From Neoconidiobolus thromboides FSU 785 (taxonomy: Eukaryota > Fungi > Entomophthoromycota): a DNA stretch of 59,265 bases. Shown here one piece after another: positions 35,822-46,309 of the stretch (position 1 is its first letter; each line of letters starts with the position of its first letter). The translations under genes and the position numbers were made by a program. Below the pieces are notes generated by a model. That model saw only the letters and a program-made list of their open reading frames with translations. It did not search any database and had not been told where the DNA came from. The stretch lies in the NCBI GenBank assembly GCA_025603075.1, contig MU626386.1, positions 1 through 59,265 of the forward strand. Direction: 5' to 3'.

Positions 35822-37138
35822 ATGCGATTGATTCCCATTCTTAATAATTTAATAGTAATTGTGTTATTATTACTCCTCCATGAAACTCAAAGTTTAACAA
35901 CGGAAGAAGAAATGCGATTAGGTTTCATCGTGAATTATCGTAACAATAATTCAGCCATTATCCGGAATGGTCAATGTATTAAACCAGCGTTGAGACAAGA
36001 AATACGAGATTTAAGTAAAGAAGATTATAATCGATTAGTGTATGCCATCAATAAATTACATGAAAGAAAGCCTAATGAACGGTATACAAAATTCGAAAAA
36101 ATGGTACGATTACATGTAAGTTATTATGATATAGCTCATGGGGTACCTGCCTTTCTTCCATGGCATCGATATTACATTCGTTTATTTGAATTAGAATTAC
36201 AAAAGATTGATCAAAATATTGTATTGCCTTATTGGGATTGGTCCCATGATGCTCGCCATCCAGAAAATAGTCCTGTATTAACAGATTACTATATGGGTGG
36301 ACAAGGTGATAAGCGTCAAGATTATTGTGTGAAATCAGGACCATTTAAAAATTGGATGACTTTGGTAGATTATCCTCATTGTTTATCAAGAAGATATGAT
36401 GAAGGGGAAGTTTGTTCACCTTTTCCTAATCCTGAAGAAGTATTGTTTTTAACAAATATGAATTTATTTTCAGATTTTAGTTATGAATTGGAAATGGCTC
36501 ACGGCTCCCCTCATACTGCTATCGGTTCTGATCCAGGTGATTTTGGTATTTCGATTTCTCCCAATGACCCTTTGTTCTATTTACATCATGCTTTTGTTGA
36601 TTTAATCTATGATCTTTGGTTAAAAAAGAGGAATTTATATAATTTTAAATATGAAGGATTTGCATTCAATAACTTTCGAGTATCAGTGAATGATTTATTG
36701 AAACCATTTAATCGAAATGTATATTCAACATTTAATTCTAAAACCAATTTCTTTTGTTATGAATATGCAGAATATCCAAGAAGATTACAACCTAATAATG
36801 AAGTTTATCCAATTAAAAAAGAAGAATCTAGAGCTATTAAATTACCAAGAAATAAATTTACTAATCCAGCATTAAGTGAATTAGGTTTATTAGACGTTAA
36901 TTCTGTATTAAAAATATTACAATCAAAAGCAGTTAACAATACTCATAATAGTAATGGAGCTGGTAGATCAAGTTCTATTTTTAATAGTGAAAAATTAAAA
37001 CCAAGGAAACCATTGCCAGAGCGATGGTTAAAACAAAATAAGTTTGATTCAAATAAGGTGCGTCAAATCGAAAATAGGAATGAACAATTAATTGATGCTT
37101 TTAATAATTTACCAGTATATGTACCTTTAGCTGAATAA
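35822..37138 (+). CDS. Secreted tyrosinase B, intronless, 438 aa
   Basis: Signal peptide; CuA LHVSYYDIAHGVPAFLPWHR; CuB AHGSPH...SPNDPLFYLHHAFVD; C-terminal PLPERWL...FD motif shared with tyrosinase A. Confidence 0.93.
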   Translation: MRLIPILNNLIVIVLLLLLHETQSLTTEEEMRLGFIVNYRNNNSAIIRNGQCIKPALRQEIRDLSKEDYNRLVYAINKLHERKPNERYTKFEKMVRLHVSYYDIAHGVPAFLPWHRYYIRLFELELQKIDQNIVLPYWDWSHDARHPENSPVLTDYYMGGQGDKRQDYCVKSGPFKNWMTLVDYPHCLSRRYDEGEVCSPFPNPEEVLFLTNMNLFSDFSYELEMAHGSPHTAIGSDPGDFGISISPNDPLFYLHHAFVDLIYDLWLKKRNLYNFKYEGFAFNNFRVSVNDLLKPFNRNVYSTFNSKTNFFCYEYAEYPRRLQPNNEVYPIKKEESRAIKLPRNKFTNPALSELGLLDVNSVLKILQSKAVNNTHNSNGAGRSSSIFNSEKLKPRKPLPERWLKQNKFDSNKVRQIENRNEQLIDAFNNLPVYVPLAE

Positions 37139-37577
37139 TATATATATATATATTAAATAAAATAACTATTTTCTATTTGTTATTAATATTATTATTGCTA
37201 ATGTTTAATTTTGTGGAATAAATACCAATAAACATTGTTTGAGGTATATTACGTTTGTTTTTAATTATGAAGTTAAAGAATCTAATTGATAATCAATTGA
37301 CATTATACAATACTTATAAAATATATTTAGTACTGTATTATATCATCATTCTATATCATTGCTTTTTATTATATAAAAGGAACATAAGAAGCTTTAGATA
37401 ATAATTTCAATTACAAATTTAAAATCAAATAATAAAAATCAATCCAATAAATTTATCTTATATTCAAACTAAATAAAACTTATTTTAAAAAATTCAATTA
37501 AATAACTTGAAATAAAAACAAATTCAATAGCTTGAATTCTAATATACTCTTGTTTAATACATCTGCTATATTGCTTT

Positions 37578-38130
37578 TTAATTCATACCGCCTTGCATTT
37601 TCATATTTTCTTCTTGAAATTTAGCATTGATCCTTTCAGTAGCTGATAAAAATTTTTTAACACATAAACTAATGCATTTATCCTAAAATTAAATTAAATT
37701 AAACTTCAACTTCAAATTATTATACATGGTAAAAAAAAGATTATCAAATAACCGTTATATAAAAAATAAACGGATTGAAATCAATTCTTTGTAATTAATT
37801 ATAAAAGAGGAACTTATGCTTACCTCTTTTGGTGAAATTGAAGATGAAGTAAAATCATTAACACAAGAATCAAAGCATGATTTAGTGAGATTTAAATAAG
37901 ATAACATTACTTCATTTTCCTATAATTTAACTGTTAATTACTAATATTCAAATAAATAAATGAAACCATAATGAAAAAATGGTTTATATTGTCAATATTT
38001 TAATAATAAATAAATAAATAGATAAATAAATAAATAGATAAATAAATAAATAAATAAATAAACTTACTTGTTTCTTGTTTAAATATTCTTGTAATTTTTT
38101 TTCTTCACTTGAACTTAAACCACGATTCAT
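37578..38130 (-). CDS. TIM9: Small Tim chaperone Tim9-like paralog A, 3 exons, 87 aa (not in ORF track)
   Basis: Exons 38130-38068, 37919-37824, 37682-37578 translate to MNRGLSSSEEKKLQEYLNKKQ/ENEVMLSYLNLTKSCFDSCVNDFTSSSISPKE/DKCISLCVKKFLSATERINAKFQEENMKMQGGMN; twin CX3C with 15-aa spacer and the CVNDFT Tim9 signature. Confidence 0.9.
38006..38062. repeat. (TAAA)n microsatellite with TAGA variants inside TIM9-A intron 1
   Basis: About 14 tandem tetramers. Confidence 0.85.
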
Positions 38131-38242
38131 TTTTTAATCTAGTTTTTAATCGATATAGTAAAAACAAACAATAGACATTAATATTTTAGAAGATAAATGA
38201 GTTCAAATGGATTGCAAAAAGTAAAGAGAATTGCAATTATTG

Positions 38243-38258
38243 GATTGGAATTCCAATC
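38243..38258. promoter_or_regulatory. Perfect 16-bp palindrome GATTGGAATTCCAATC (two inverted CCAAT boxes) in the TIM9 bidirectional promoter
   Basis: Self-complementary sequence near the middle of the 205-bp spacer between divergent ATGs; an extra ATTGG lies immediately upstream. Confidence 0.6.
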
Positions 38259-38335
38259 TATTCAGATATTAATTGACATTTTAAAATCAAAAATATTATC
38301 TTTTAAATAAAAATAATCAACTATTACTATTTAAA

Positions 38336-38718
38336 ATGATTGATCCAACTCGAATGAATTATGAAGATCAATTAAAATTTAATAGAATACTAACTAAGAT
38401 ACAAGTAACTTTTATTTTGTATAATAATAAATTTAACTCTTAATTAAATAATTAAAGCAAAAAGACACGATTGATTCCATTATAAAATTAAATGAAAGGT
38501 GTTTTATTGATTGTAATAGAGATTTAACCACGGATTTAATAACTGAAAAAGAGGTGAATAATAATTATCAATTATTTAAAGAAGTTAAAATAATTCATTT
38601 TATTTAGAATAAATGTTTAGAGAAATGTGTGTTTAAATTCTTTTTAGTATCCGAAAGGTTATCGAAAAGATTAAGTGAAAATCAAGAAATTAAAAAAGCA
38701 TTAAATATGGAGCAATAA
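38336..38718 (+). CDS. Small Tim chaperone Tim9-like paralog B, 3 exons, 91 aa (not in ORF track)
   Basis: Exons 38336-38404, 38458-38553, 38608-38718 translate to MIDPTRMNYEDQLKFNRILTKIQ/QKDTIDSIIKLNERCFIDCNRDLTTDLITEKE/NKCLEKCVFKFFLVSERLSKRLSENQEIKKALNMEQ; twin CX3C, 15-aa spacer, same phase-0 intron positions and 96-nt middle exon as paralog A. Confidence 0.85.
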
Positions 38719-39515
38719 CGGAAGTGAATTGGAGTGGAATAGGAAGTTTTTTTACAAGAATAATAGAAAATTTTAAATTGTTATGATTTTAAATTTATTA
38801 GAAATGGTTTTGAATTAGATTGATTCTTTTTTTAGTCACTTTTTATAGAATTGAGATATGTTATCATAGTTTATTTGATAGGTAAATTTCAAATGTTTAT
38901 ACAAAGGTAATGTATATTTTTCACCATTTATCAGATAGAAGATAATTGATTACTTATATCATTTTACTAATAGAAGATAAAATAATAATAGTCTTTGTTT
39001 TCAAGCTTGTTTTATAACCTTATTTTATTCAATCTCAATTTTAAAATTTTAATAAAATAATTGATTTTTTTATCAATATAGTAATTATTTTTTATTTTAC
39101 AAAGCGTTTATCTTTATTGATTTATAAATTAAATTAGTAAATCCATAACAAAAATTAATATATAAATAAAGTTGAATAATTTATAATACAAATTGATTTA
39201 CATAACAAGTAAAGCTATTTGGCCACTTATTCTAAATTGAAATAACTCAAATTCTAAAAAACATTCTCACCAAAAACGCCTAAATCTCTTTCACCAATCA
39301 ATTTAATCAAAACTATTCAAAGTTGTTCATTCCTTGGTTCTCTTTCTTGTTCTAACCAATAGAATCATCTTATCTGTCTTTCTTTTCCAACTAAAAACAC
39401 CAAGAACGCCACTCGTTATAAACAACCAATCAAATATTATTGAATCACTATTGATAAAAATTAATACTTGGAAAATTCTTTATTTAATTTTAAAGCAAAT
39501 CGAGGTCAATAAACA

Positions 39516-41343
39516 ATGAGTGAACATTCGAGTACCTTAGCCGTTTTATTAAAACGATTAGAACAAGCTACCTCTCGATTGGAAAGTTTATCTATTTCAA
39601 AAAGTAAAAAGGAGGATTCTAAACCTAGTGAAAAATCAATTGTATCCACTGCAACCTTATCCAGTTCCAGTGAATTACCTGAAAGTATTAAAAAGTACGA
39701 TGAAAAACTTTTATCTGCTATTCAAGAATATAAATCTCTTTCCTCTTCTCTTGATCCATTAATTTCAAGTCAAAGTGACTTAATTGAATCTCTTTACCTT
39801 GAAAGTAAAAAAATATTACCATTGTCACTTCAATGTAAGAAACCAAGTAGTAATGAGAAAGTTAGTGAAATTTGGTCTTCAAGTCAAAAAATTTTAGATC
39901 AAATATTGAATATCACCGATAATAATAGAGCTTCTCCTTTTTTTAATCATTTATCTGCTGTATCCTCAGGTGCCCCTGCTTTTTCTTGGTTTTTAGTTGT
40001 AAGTGAATTTTGAATAGATAGATTTTTTTAGAAGTACAATGAATTAATTATTTTAACTATTTAGGAACCAGAATGTGCTTCTAGTGTTAAAGACCAAATT
40101 GAATCAAGTCAATTTTATGGGTTTAAAGTGATTAAAGAATATAAAGAAAAGTAAATTTTAAATAACAAAATAGAAAATTAAAATAAATAGAACTAACATT
40201 GAATTTTAGAGATCCAAAGCATCATGAATGGATTAAAAGCTATTTCAAATTATTAAATGAATTATATGATTATGTTAATACTTACTTTAAAACTGGGTTA
40301 ACTTGGAATCCAAATGGTATTGAATGGAACAATTCCCTATCCGTTTCTAACAACACTACTTCACCACCACCAAAACCACCTAAACCAACAAGTTTAAAAT
40401 CAAGTTCAAATACTAATTTACCACCCCCACCCCCACCCGCTCCATTATTTCAAGATTTATTAAAAGAAGAAAATGATAATAATAATAATAAAGGTGGTAT
40501 TAATTCTATTTTCAGTGAGATTAATCAAGGTGAAAACGTAACTTCAGGACTTAAAAAAGTGGACAAATCTCAGAAAAATCAACCTCCTTTAAATCAAGTA
40601 GTTCCTCCAGCTAGATCAACTGGTAAGTCAATTCTATAAATGTAAATATTGAAGCTAATCGAATTTTTATAACAATATTAGCTCGTCCATCACCAGGTAA
40701 AGTGACCCCAGCTTCCATTAAAGAAGCAGAGACTAAATTGGATGGGCATAAGTGGTTAGTTGTAAGTTTCAATTAAATTAAATTAGTTAATTATAATATA
40801 ATGATATTAATAATTCTTGTTAATTTTAATTAGCAATATCATCAAAGTGGTATGATAACTGTTGAACCAACAGAGTTTAAACAATTGGTTTATATCTTTA
40901 ATTGTAATAATACAACTATTGAAATTAGAGGAAAATGTAATGGAGTTATATTAGGTAACTTAATAGTTTAATATTACAATTAAGTAATATATAAGTAACA
41001 TTTCATTTTTACAGATAGTTGCAAAAAAAGTGGTGTGGTATTAGACACAGCTATAGCTTCTGTGGATATTATTAATAGTAGTTCATGTCAAGTTCAAATC
41101 CTTAAAAGTACTCCTATGGTAGTTATTGATAAAACGGATGGTTTACAATTATATTTATCTAAAGAGGGGTTGAATACTGAAATTACTACGGCTAAATCGA
41201 GTCAGATTAATGTATTATTACCAACTAAGACAGAGGTAGGAGACGAGGAAGTAGAAGACTTTGTTGAAAGAGCTATTCCTGAACAATTTAAAACTACTAT
41301 TGTAGATGGAAAATTGATAACTACTCCTATTGAACATGAATGA
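39516..41343 (+). CDS. SRV2: Adenylyl cyclase-associated protein (Srv2/CAP), 6 exons
   Basis: LLKRLEQATSRLES N-terminal motif, NHLSAVSSG, poly-Pro PPPPPAP, WH2-like SGLKKVDKS, C-terminal beta-helix (VVIDKTDG, TAKSSQINVL, IPEQF); introns 39999-40064, 40151-40209, 40623-40681, 40762-40833, 40955-41014. Confidence 0.93.
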
Positions 41344-41672
41344 ATATTGGATGAAAGAAGGATAAAATAATGACATATTTTAATACTTTGATTTCAAATT
41401 CAATTGATTGGTTGGAATTGATTGACTTCATATTTTTCAATCATTTTTAAATAAACAGAAAAAAAAAATCAAAATTTTAGATATTATTTTTCAAAAAAAA
41501 GTTTAGTTTTAGATTTGAGTTTTAGAATAAATAAATAAATAATAAAGATAGATAGATAAAAGCCAATAAATAGTTTATAACAGCTTTGAGATTTTCATAA
41601 AATAAAGAATTGGATCCAATTTTTCAAACCCAGTAAAATTTAAAGTTTTGATTCAAATTCAATTTACATTTA

Positions 41673-42857
41673 ATGACCATTTCCAATACCGATAATGCGC
41701 CTATATGGCAGGTAATTTATTTCAACCATAACTTCTTGAACTAATTTTCTATTTTTTCCCTTTATACAGAACATTGTAGCAGGCGGTATAGCAGGTGGTA
41801 GTGCCGATTTCCTGATGCATGGGCTAGACACCTTAAAAACACGTTTACAAGGTCAACCTTATCCACTCAAATACAATTCATTATACCACTGTTTCCAAAC
41901 AGTATGGAAATTAGAAGGAATTTCTGGGTTCTATGGTGGTATTCAACCAGCTATGATAGGTTCTATTTTTGGTACCATGATTTATTTTGGTAGTTATGAA
42001 ACGTTTAAAAGAACTTTAAGAGATTTTGAATTACCAGAAACAGGTAATCATTTAATATCCGCCGGTATTGCGGAAGTTATGGTAAGTACAATCTATGTCC
42101 CATCTGAAGTATTGAAAACCAGAATGCAATTGCAAGGAAAATATAATAACCCTCATTTTATTTCTGGATACAATTACAAAAATTGGAGAGAAGCATTGAC
42201 CACGGTAAGTAGTTTTAGATATTAAATATTAAATTGATTTATGGAAATTAATATTGGTAGATTATTAAAAATGATGGTCTATCGACTATGTTTCGCGGAT
42301 ATCAAGCTACTTTATTGAGAGATGTACCTTGTACTGCTATTCAATTTACAATTTATGAAAGTTTAAAAAATTGGTATTTAAAAGAAAGAGAAAATACATT
42401 ACTAAGTGAAATGTTAATGGGTGGTATTGCTGGTTCAATGGCAGGTGGTATAACTACTCCATTAGGTAAATCAATAATTTAATTTTATAAACAATACAAA
42501 TATTAATAAAACACAATAATTTTTCTTTATTTCTCTATAGATGTAGTTAAAACGGTATTACAAACTCAGCAAATTAAAGAAAGTATAAAAAGTCAACCAA
42601 AAAGAATAAAGGGGTTATCTTTACCTAAAGTACCTAATAATAATAATACACTTTCACAATCTTTATTATCATTAAATAAGTTACCGAATGGACCTAAAAT
42701 TACAAATTCTAATGGAATTATAGATGCTTTAAAATCATCTTACAATACTTATGGTTTTCAAGGTTTATTTAGAGGTTTAGCTCCAAGGACGCTTTGGATG
42801 GGTTTTCAATCGGCTATTATGTTTGTTATTTATGAACAAGCGATTGCTTGGTTTTAA
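41673..42857 (+). CDS. MME1: Mitochondrial carrier, Mme1 (Mg2+ exporter)-like, 4 exons
   Basis: MHGLDTLKTRLQG, YVPSEVLKTRMQLQGKYNNPHFISGYNY, GYQATLLRDVP match the Mme1/YMR166C subfamily; introns 41712-41769, 42205-42260, 42466-42540. Confidence 0.85.
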
Positions 42858-43016
42858 AGGAGTTTTTTCAAAGAAATATAGCTACTAGAGGATAGAAATT
42901 AAGTATATTATATCGATTAAAAATGTTGGATTGATTAAAAGGAACAAGAGAGAATTAAGTAGATTATAAAAATAAAAAATTGAAGCTTTGTAACTATTTT
43001 TTTTGTTAAATTTATA

Positions 43017-44552
43017 ATGAAATTACAGTTTGTTTTTATATCAATATTATTTCTATGCTATAATCATGTTGAAGGTATGGAAGGATTTATGCTAAGTTCT
43101 ACTGTTGTATATGCTCAAAAATTAATCTTATTTTATAAATACAGTTATAATTATGGAGCTAAATCAACACAAGATGAAATGGAATTCGCTTATAAAAAAG
43201 AATATTCTTATTACAAAATAATTGATTTAAATACAAAAATTACAATAGATGATTTAAATACAGTCAACGATATTGATGTATCTTTTTATGATCCTTATTA
43301 TAGGTATTACTCTCAATTATTTTTGTTGGAATATAATAACCAATCTAGTTTGTATACTGTATTTAAAAGTAAATATGGTTTTAATGGTAGTTATTATTTA
43401 CCTACAGCTATTCAATCGGTTGATTTAAATCAACGTTGTTTTATCAGAAAAAATAATTTTACAATTACTTCTTTTCAAGATAGTATTGGTGCAACTTATC
43501 TAGTTACAAACAATCAACTTTATTTATTAGGTGGTATTATCAAATATGATTTTTATTTAGATTCAATACCAACTAGGCAATTTTTTTCATTTGATCTATT
43601 AAAAAATGACTATACTGATTTAAGTTCTTATACTGCTAAACACTCCATGCCGTCCATAGCATTTCATACTTCTACCTTAATTTTCAACTCACAAATTTTA
43701 TTCCTTGGTGGTATTCAATACAATAGCACTAACAATAACAACACTTTATCCCCGAACTCATTAGAGTTTGTTTATATTTATTCAATATTAACGCAAGCAT
43801 TTAAAATACAGCAAACTCAAAATTATCGGTTTGGCTTAAGATTAGCCCATACAACTACTTATTTAGAAAAATTAAATTGTGTTTTAGTCTATGGTGGTAT
43901 GGATAATAATAATTATATTGATAATAATAAAGAGCCTAAGCTATATAGTGATATTCAAGTTTTAGACTTGAAAGAATGGAAATGGAAGAAATATCAGTTA
44001 ATGGATCTTACTGGGAGTATTTTTGAAATAGGTAGAGCTTGGCATTCAAGTCAATTGATCAATGATAAATTAATGATTTTCTTTGGCAAAATGGGAGTAA
44101 ACGATAAGAATAAAGAAATTTTAATATTTGATTTAACTAATTTCAACCCTAACGATAAAGGCGATCTTATTCCATTGACAACTACTATCGAACCAACCAC
44201 TGCTACTCAGCATACTGATCCCATTAAGTTCAATAATTTATATTATAATGCTGATATTATCCTAGTGTCTTTAGTGTATGATAATTTATATGATTTGAGT
44301 TTAATTTTGTTTGTTTCCTATTTAAGTTTATTAACTATTGCTTTTCTCTTCTTGTTAAATTATCTAAAACATTCTTATTCTATTTATGAATTATCAAAGC
44401 CTATCAACAGTGAACTTTCATTGCCAAACTATCTGCTAGTGACTACGCGTTATAATGAGTATTCATTTGACCAGATGGTTTATTCGAATCCAGAGGAAAT
44501 CGAAGGGGATGAATATGGTGTTTGGGAGTTAAATTCTCATTATGAGGACTAA
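43017..44552 (+). CDS. Kelch/galactose-oxidase-repeat type I membrane protein
   Basis: Signal peptide; repeated LYLLGG, FHTSTLI..ILFLGG, AHTTTY..VLVYGG, WHSSQL..LMIFFG Kelch motifs; TM near C-terminus. Confidence 0.8.
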   Translation: MKLQFVFISILFLCYNHVEGMEGFMLSSTVVYAQKLILFYKYSYNYGAKSTQDEMEFAYKKEYSYYKIIDLNTKITIDDLNTVNDIDVSFYDPYYRYYSQLFLLEYNNQSSLYTVFKSKYGFNGSYYLPTAIQSVDLNQRCFIRKNNFTITSFQDSIGATYLVTNNQLYLLGGIIKYDFYLDSIPTRQFFSFDLLKNDYTDLSSYTAKHSMPSIAFHTSTLIFNSQILFLGGIQYNSTNNNNTLSPNSLEFVYIYSILTQAFKIQQTQNYRFGLRLAHTTTYLEKLNCVLVYGGMDNNNYIDNNKEPKLYSDIQVLDLKEWKWKKYQLMDLTGSIFEIGRAWHSSQLINDKLMIFFGKMGVNDKNKEILIFDLTNFNPNDKGDLIPLTTTIEPTTATQHTDPIKFNNLYYNADIILVSLVYDNLYDLSLILFVSYLSLLTIAFLFLLNYLKHSYSIYELSKPINSELSLPNYLLVTTRYNEYSFDQMVYSNPEEIEGDEYGVWELNSHYED

Positions 44553-46066
44553 TTGTTTTTGAGTCAAGTTGTTTTAACTAATCATAGCTTAAGTAAGATC
44601 AATTTTATTTCAATAGCTATCCTTTCTGTTGTAAGACCTTTGACTAAAGCTAACCATTCCAACATTACCCTTTGATCAGCTTACTCCTATCTATAAAATG
44701 ATACATTATGTGGAATTTTTGGAAGTTAAGGCTTCAGTATCTAAACTGTGACAAAATTATTTGATATGTAATAAATCTAACCTAGCTATACCACTCGTGA
44801 TATTCGTTATAGCAATAAAAGAGTGATGGGTAATTAAGCTGGTTTTATGTGATCTGATAGCTACGAAATAACGATGCATTTTTCTGGAATCTGATAGTTG
44901 TCAGTAGTAGATTTCACTCCACTTGAAACAAAGGATAATAAACAAACGTATGGATGCTAAATCCTCATCATTAAACAAATCCAATCGTTTGCCAATGATT
45001 GACAATTTCACATTGGAATCATTATATTATGACCCTTTTGAAAGAGATATCAATAAATGTACTGTTTAGGATTCGATTTGAACTCTGAAAATTAAATTGG
45101 TTTTTTTGAACTTTTTAGTTGGAGTTAAAGTAATTATATCCAAGCTTTAACAATGGATTTTAATAATTTTACTGTTAGATGCAACTTATTTCTGTAAAAG
45201 GTGAACGAAAATGAGCTTGTATAATCATCAATTTCTCAACAAAAAATTCTCCATTTAATTAGAATATTATTTTTTAGCAATTTTATTTTTTGAAATTTCT
45301 ATATTAACAGAAAAATTTCGTCAACTGTTTTGGCATGTCAATGAGCAATTGGATCACTCTCGCATTTCCTATAGAAGCTGACTCGAATCTTGAGCACGTC
45401 GGATTAATAAATCCTGGCAGTATTAAAATCAGTAAGATATCTTATACCGTGGCTGTACTCTGAATTTTTGATCTAAAGCTAATAACATAATAAACAAAAT
45501 ATTTTGAGCATATTATACGCATTTTGTTGTTATGGGATTAGAGAAGTTTTTTAGTAGTAGGTTTTATGGACTGGGGATAGGGGTAAAGACTCAAGAAATA
45601 AGTTACAATTTTAATCATCACCAGGTCACGGGTTCGAAGCTTACATTAAACATTTATGGAAACAGATAGTGGATGAAGGTCAATTCCTTTAAAGGAAATT
45701 ATAAAGCTGTGTTATAAACTTTCCTGAGGATCGTGTTGAATTTTATCTCATCACATTCAACTATAGCATAAAGAATACTTGGGGGTTTTGTAATTTAAAA
45801 CATTAAAGTTAGATCTTTTTTAGATTCTTTTTTTCAATGTGTGATGTTGTTTATGCGATTGAATTAGTTATCTTTTAAAAAGTTTATATTTAAATAATAG
45901 TAACAATTTGATCTTTGCTATGTTTATCATGTTTAACTCAATATCGTATTGCAATAATACTTTTAACGTTTATAAAAAGCATGTTTAAACTATAATTTTA
46001 AAAAATTCACAAAAGTTTAGTATTCAATTACCTTTATACTTTACTCTCTTTTCTTTTTATAATATA

Positions 46067-46162
46067 TGCGGATGCATTTTTGTCTTTAAGAATTTATAAT
46101 AATTTTTCCGTTTAAATAGCGCTTAAAAGATGGAAAAAGCGAAGCCAAAAAAAACACTCTTA
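46067..46162 (+). mobile_element. MITE copy 10
   Basis: TA|TGCGGATGCATTTTTG...TTTTTCCGTTTAAATAGCGCTTAAAAGATGGAAAAAG...AAAAAAAACACTCTTA|TA. Confidence 0.8.
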
Positions 46163-46309
46163 TATGTTCATAAATAAAACACTTGGAATATCATGCCTCA
46201 TAAGACTTCTATCTAATAACAGAAACAAACAAATAAATCAACGAAATGTATAAAAAAACCCTCAAAGAACAAGAATAACCCAAAGCTTTTAATAAACAAA
46301 AATCAACTT

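Noticed and set aside
45600-45645. tRNA-like B-box (AGGTCACGGGTTCGAAG)
   Set aside because: No A-box, acceptor stem or complete T-stem could be built; at most a degenerate tRNA or SINE fragment
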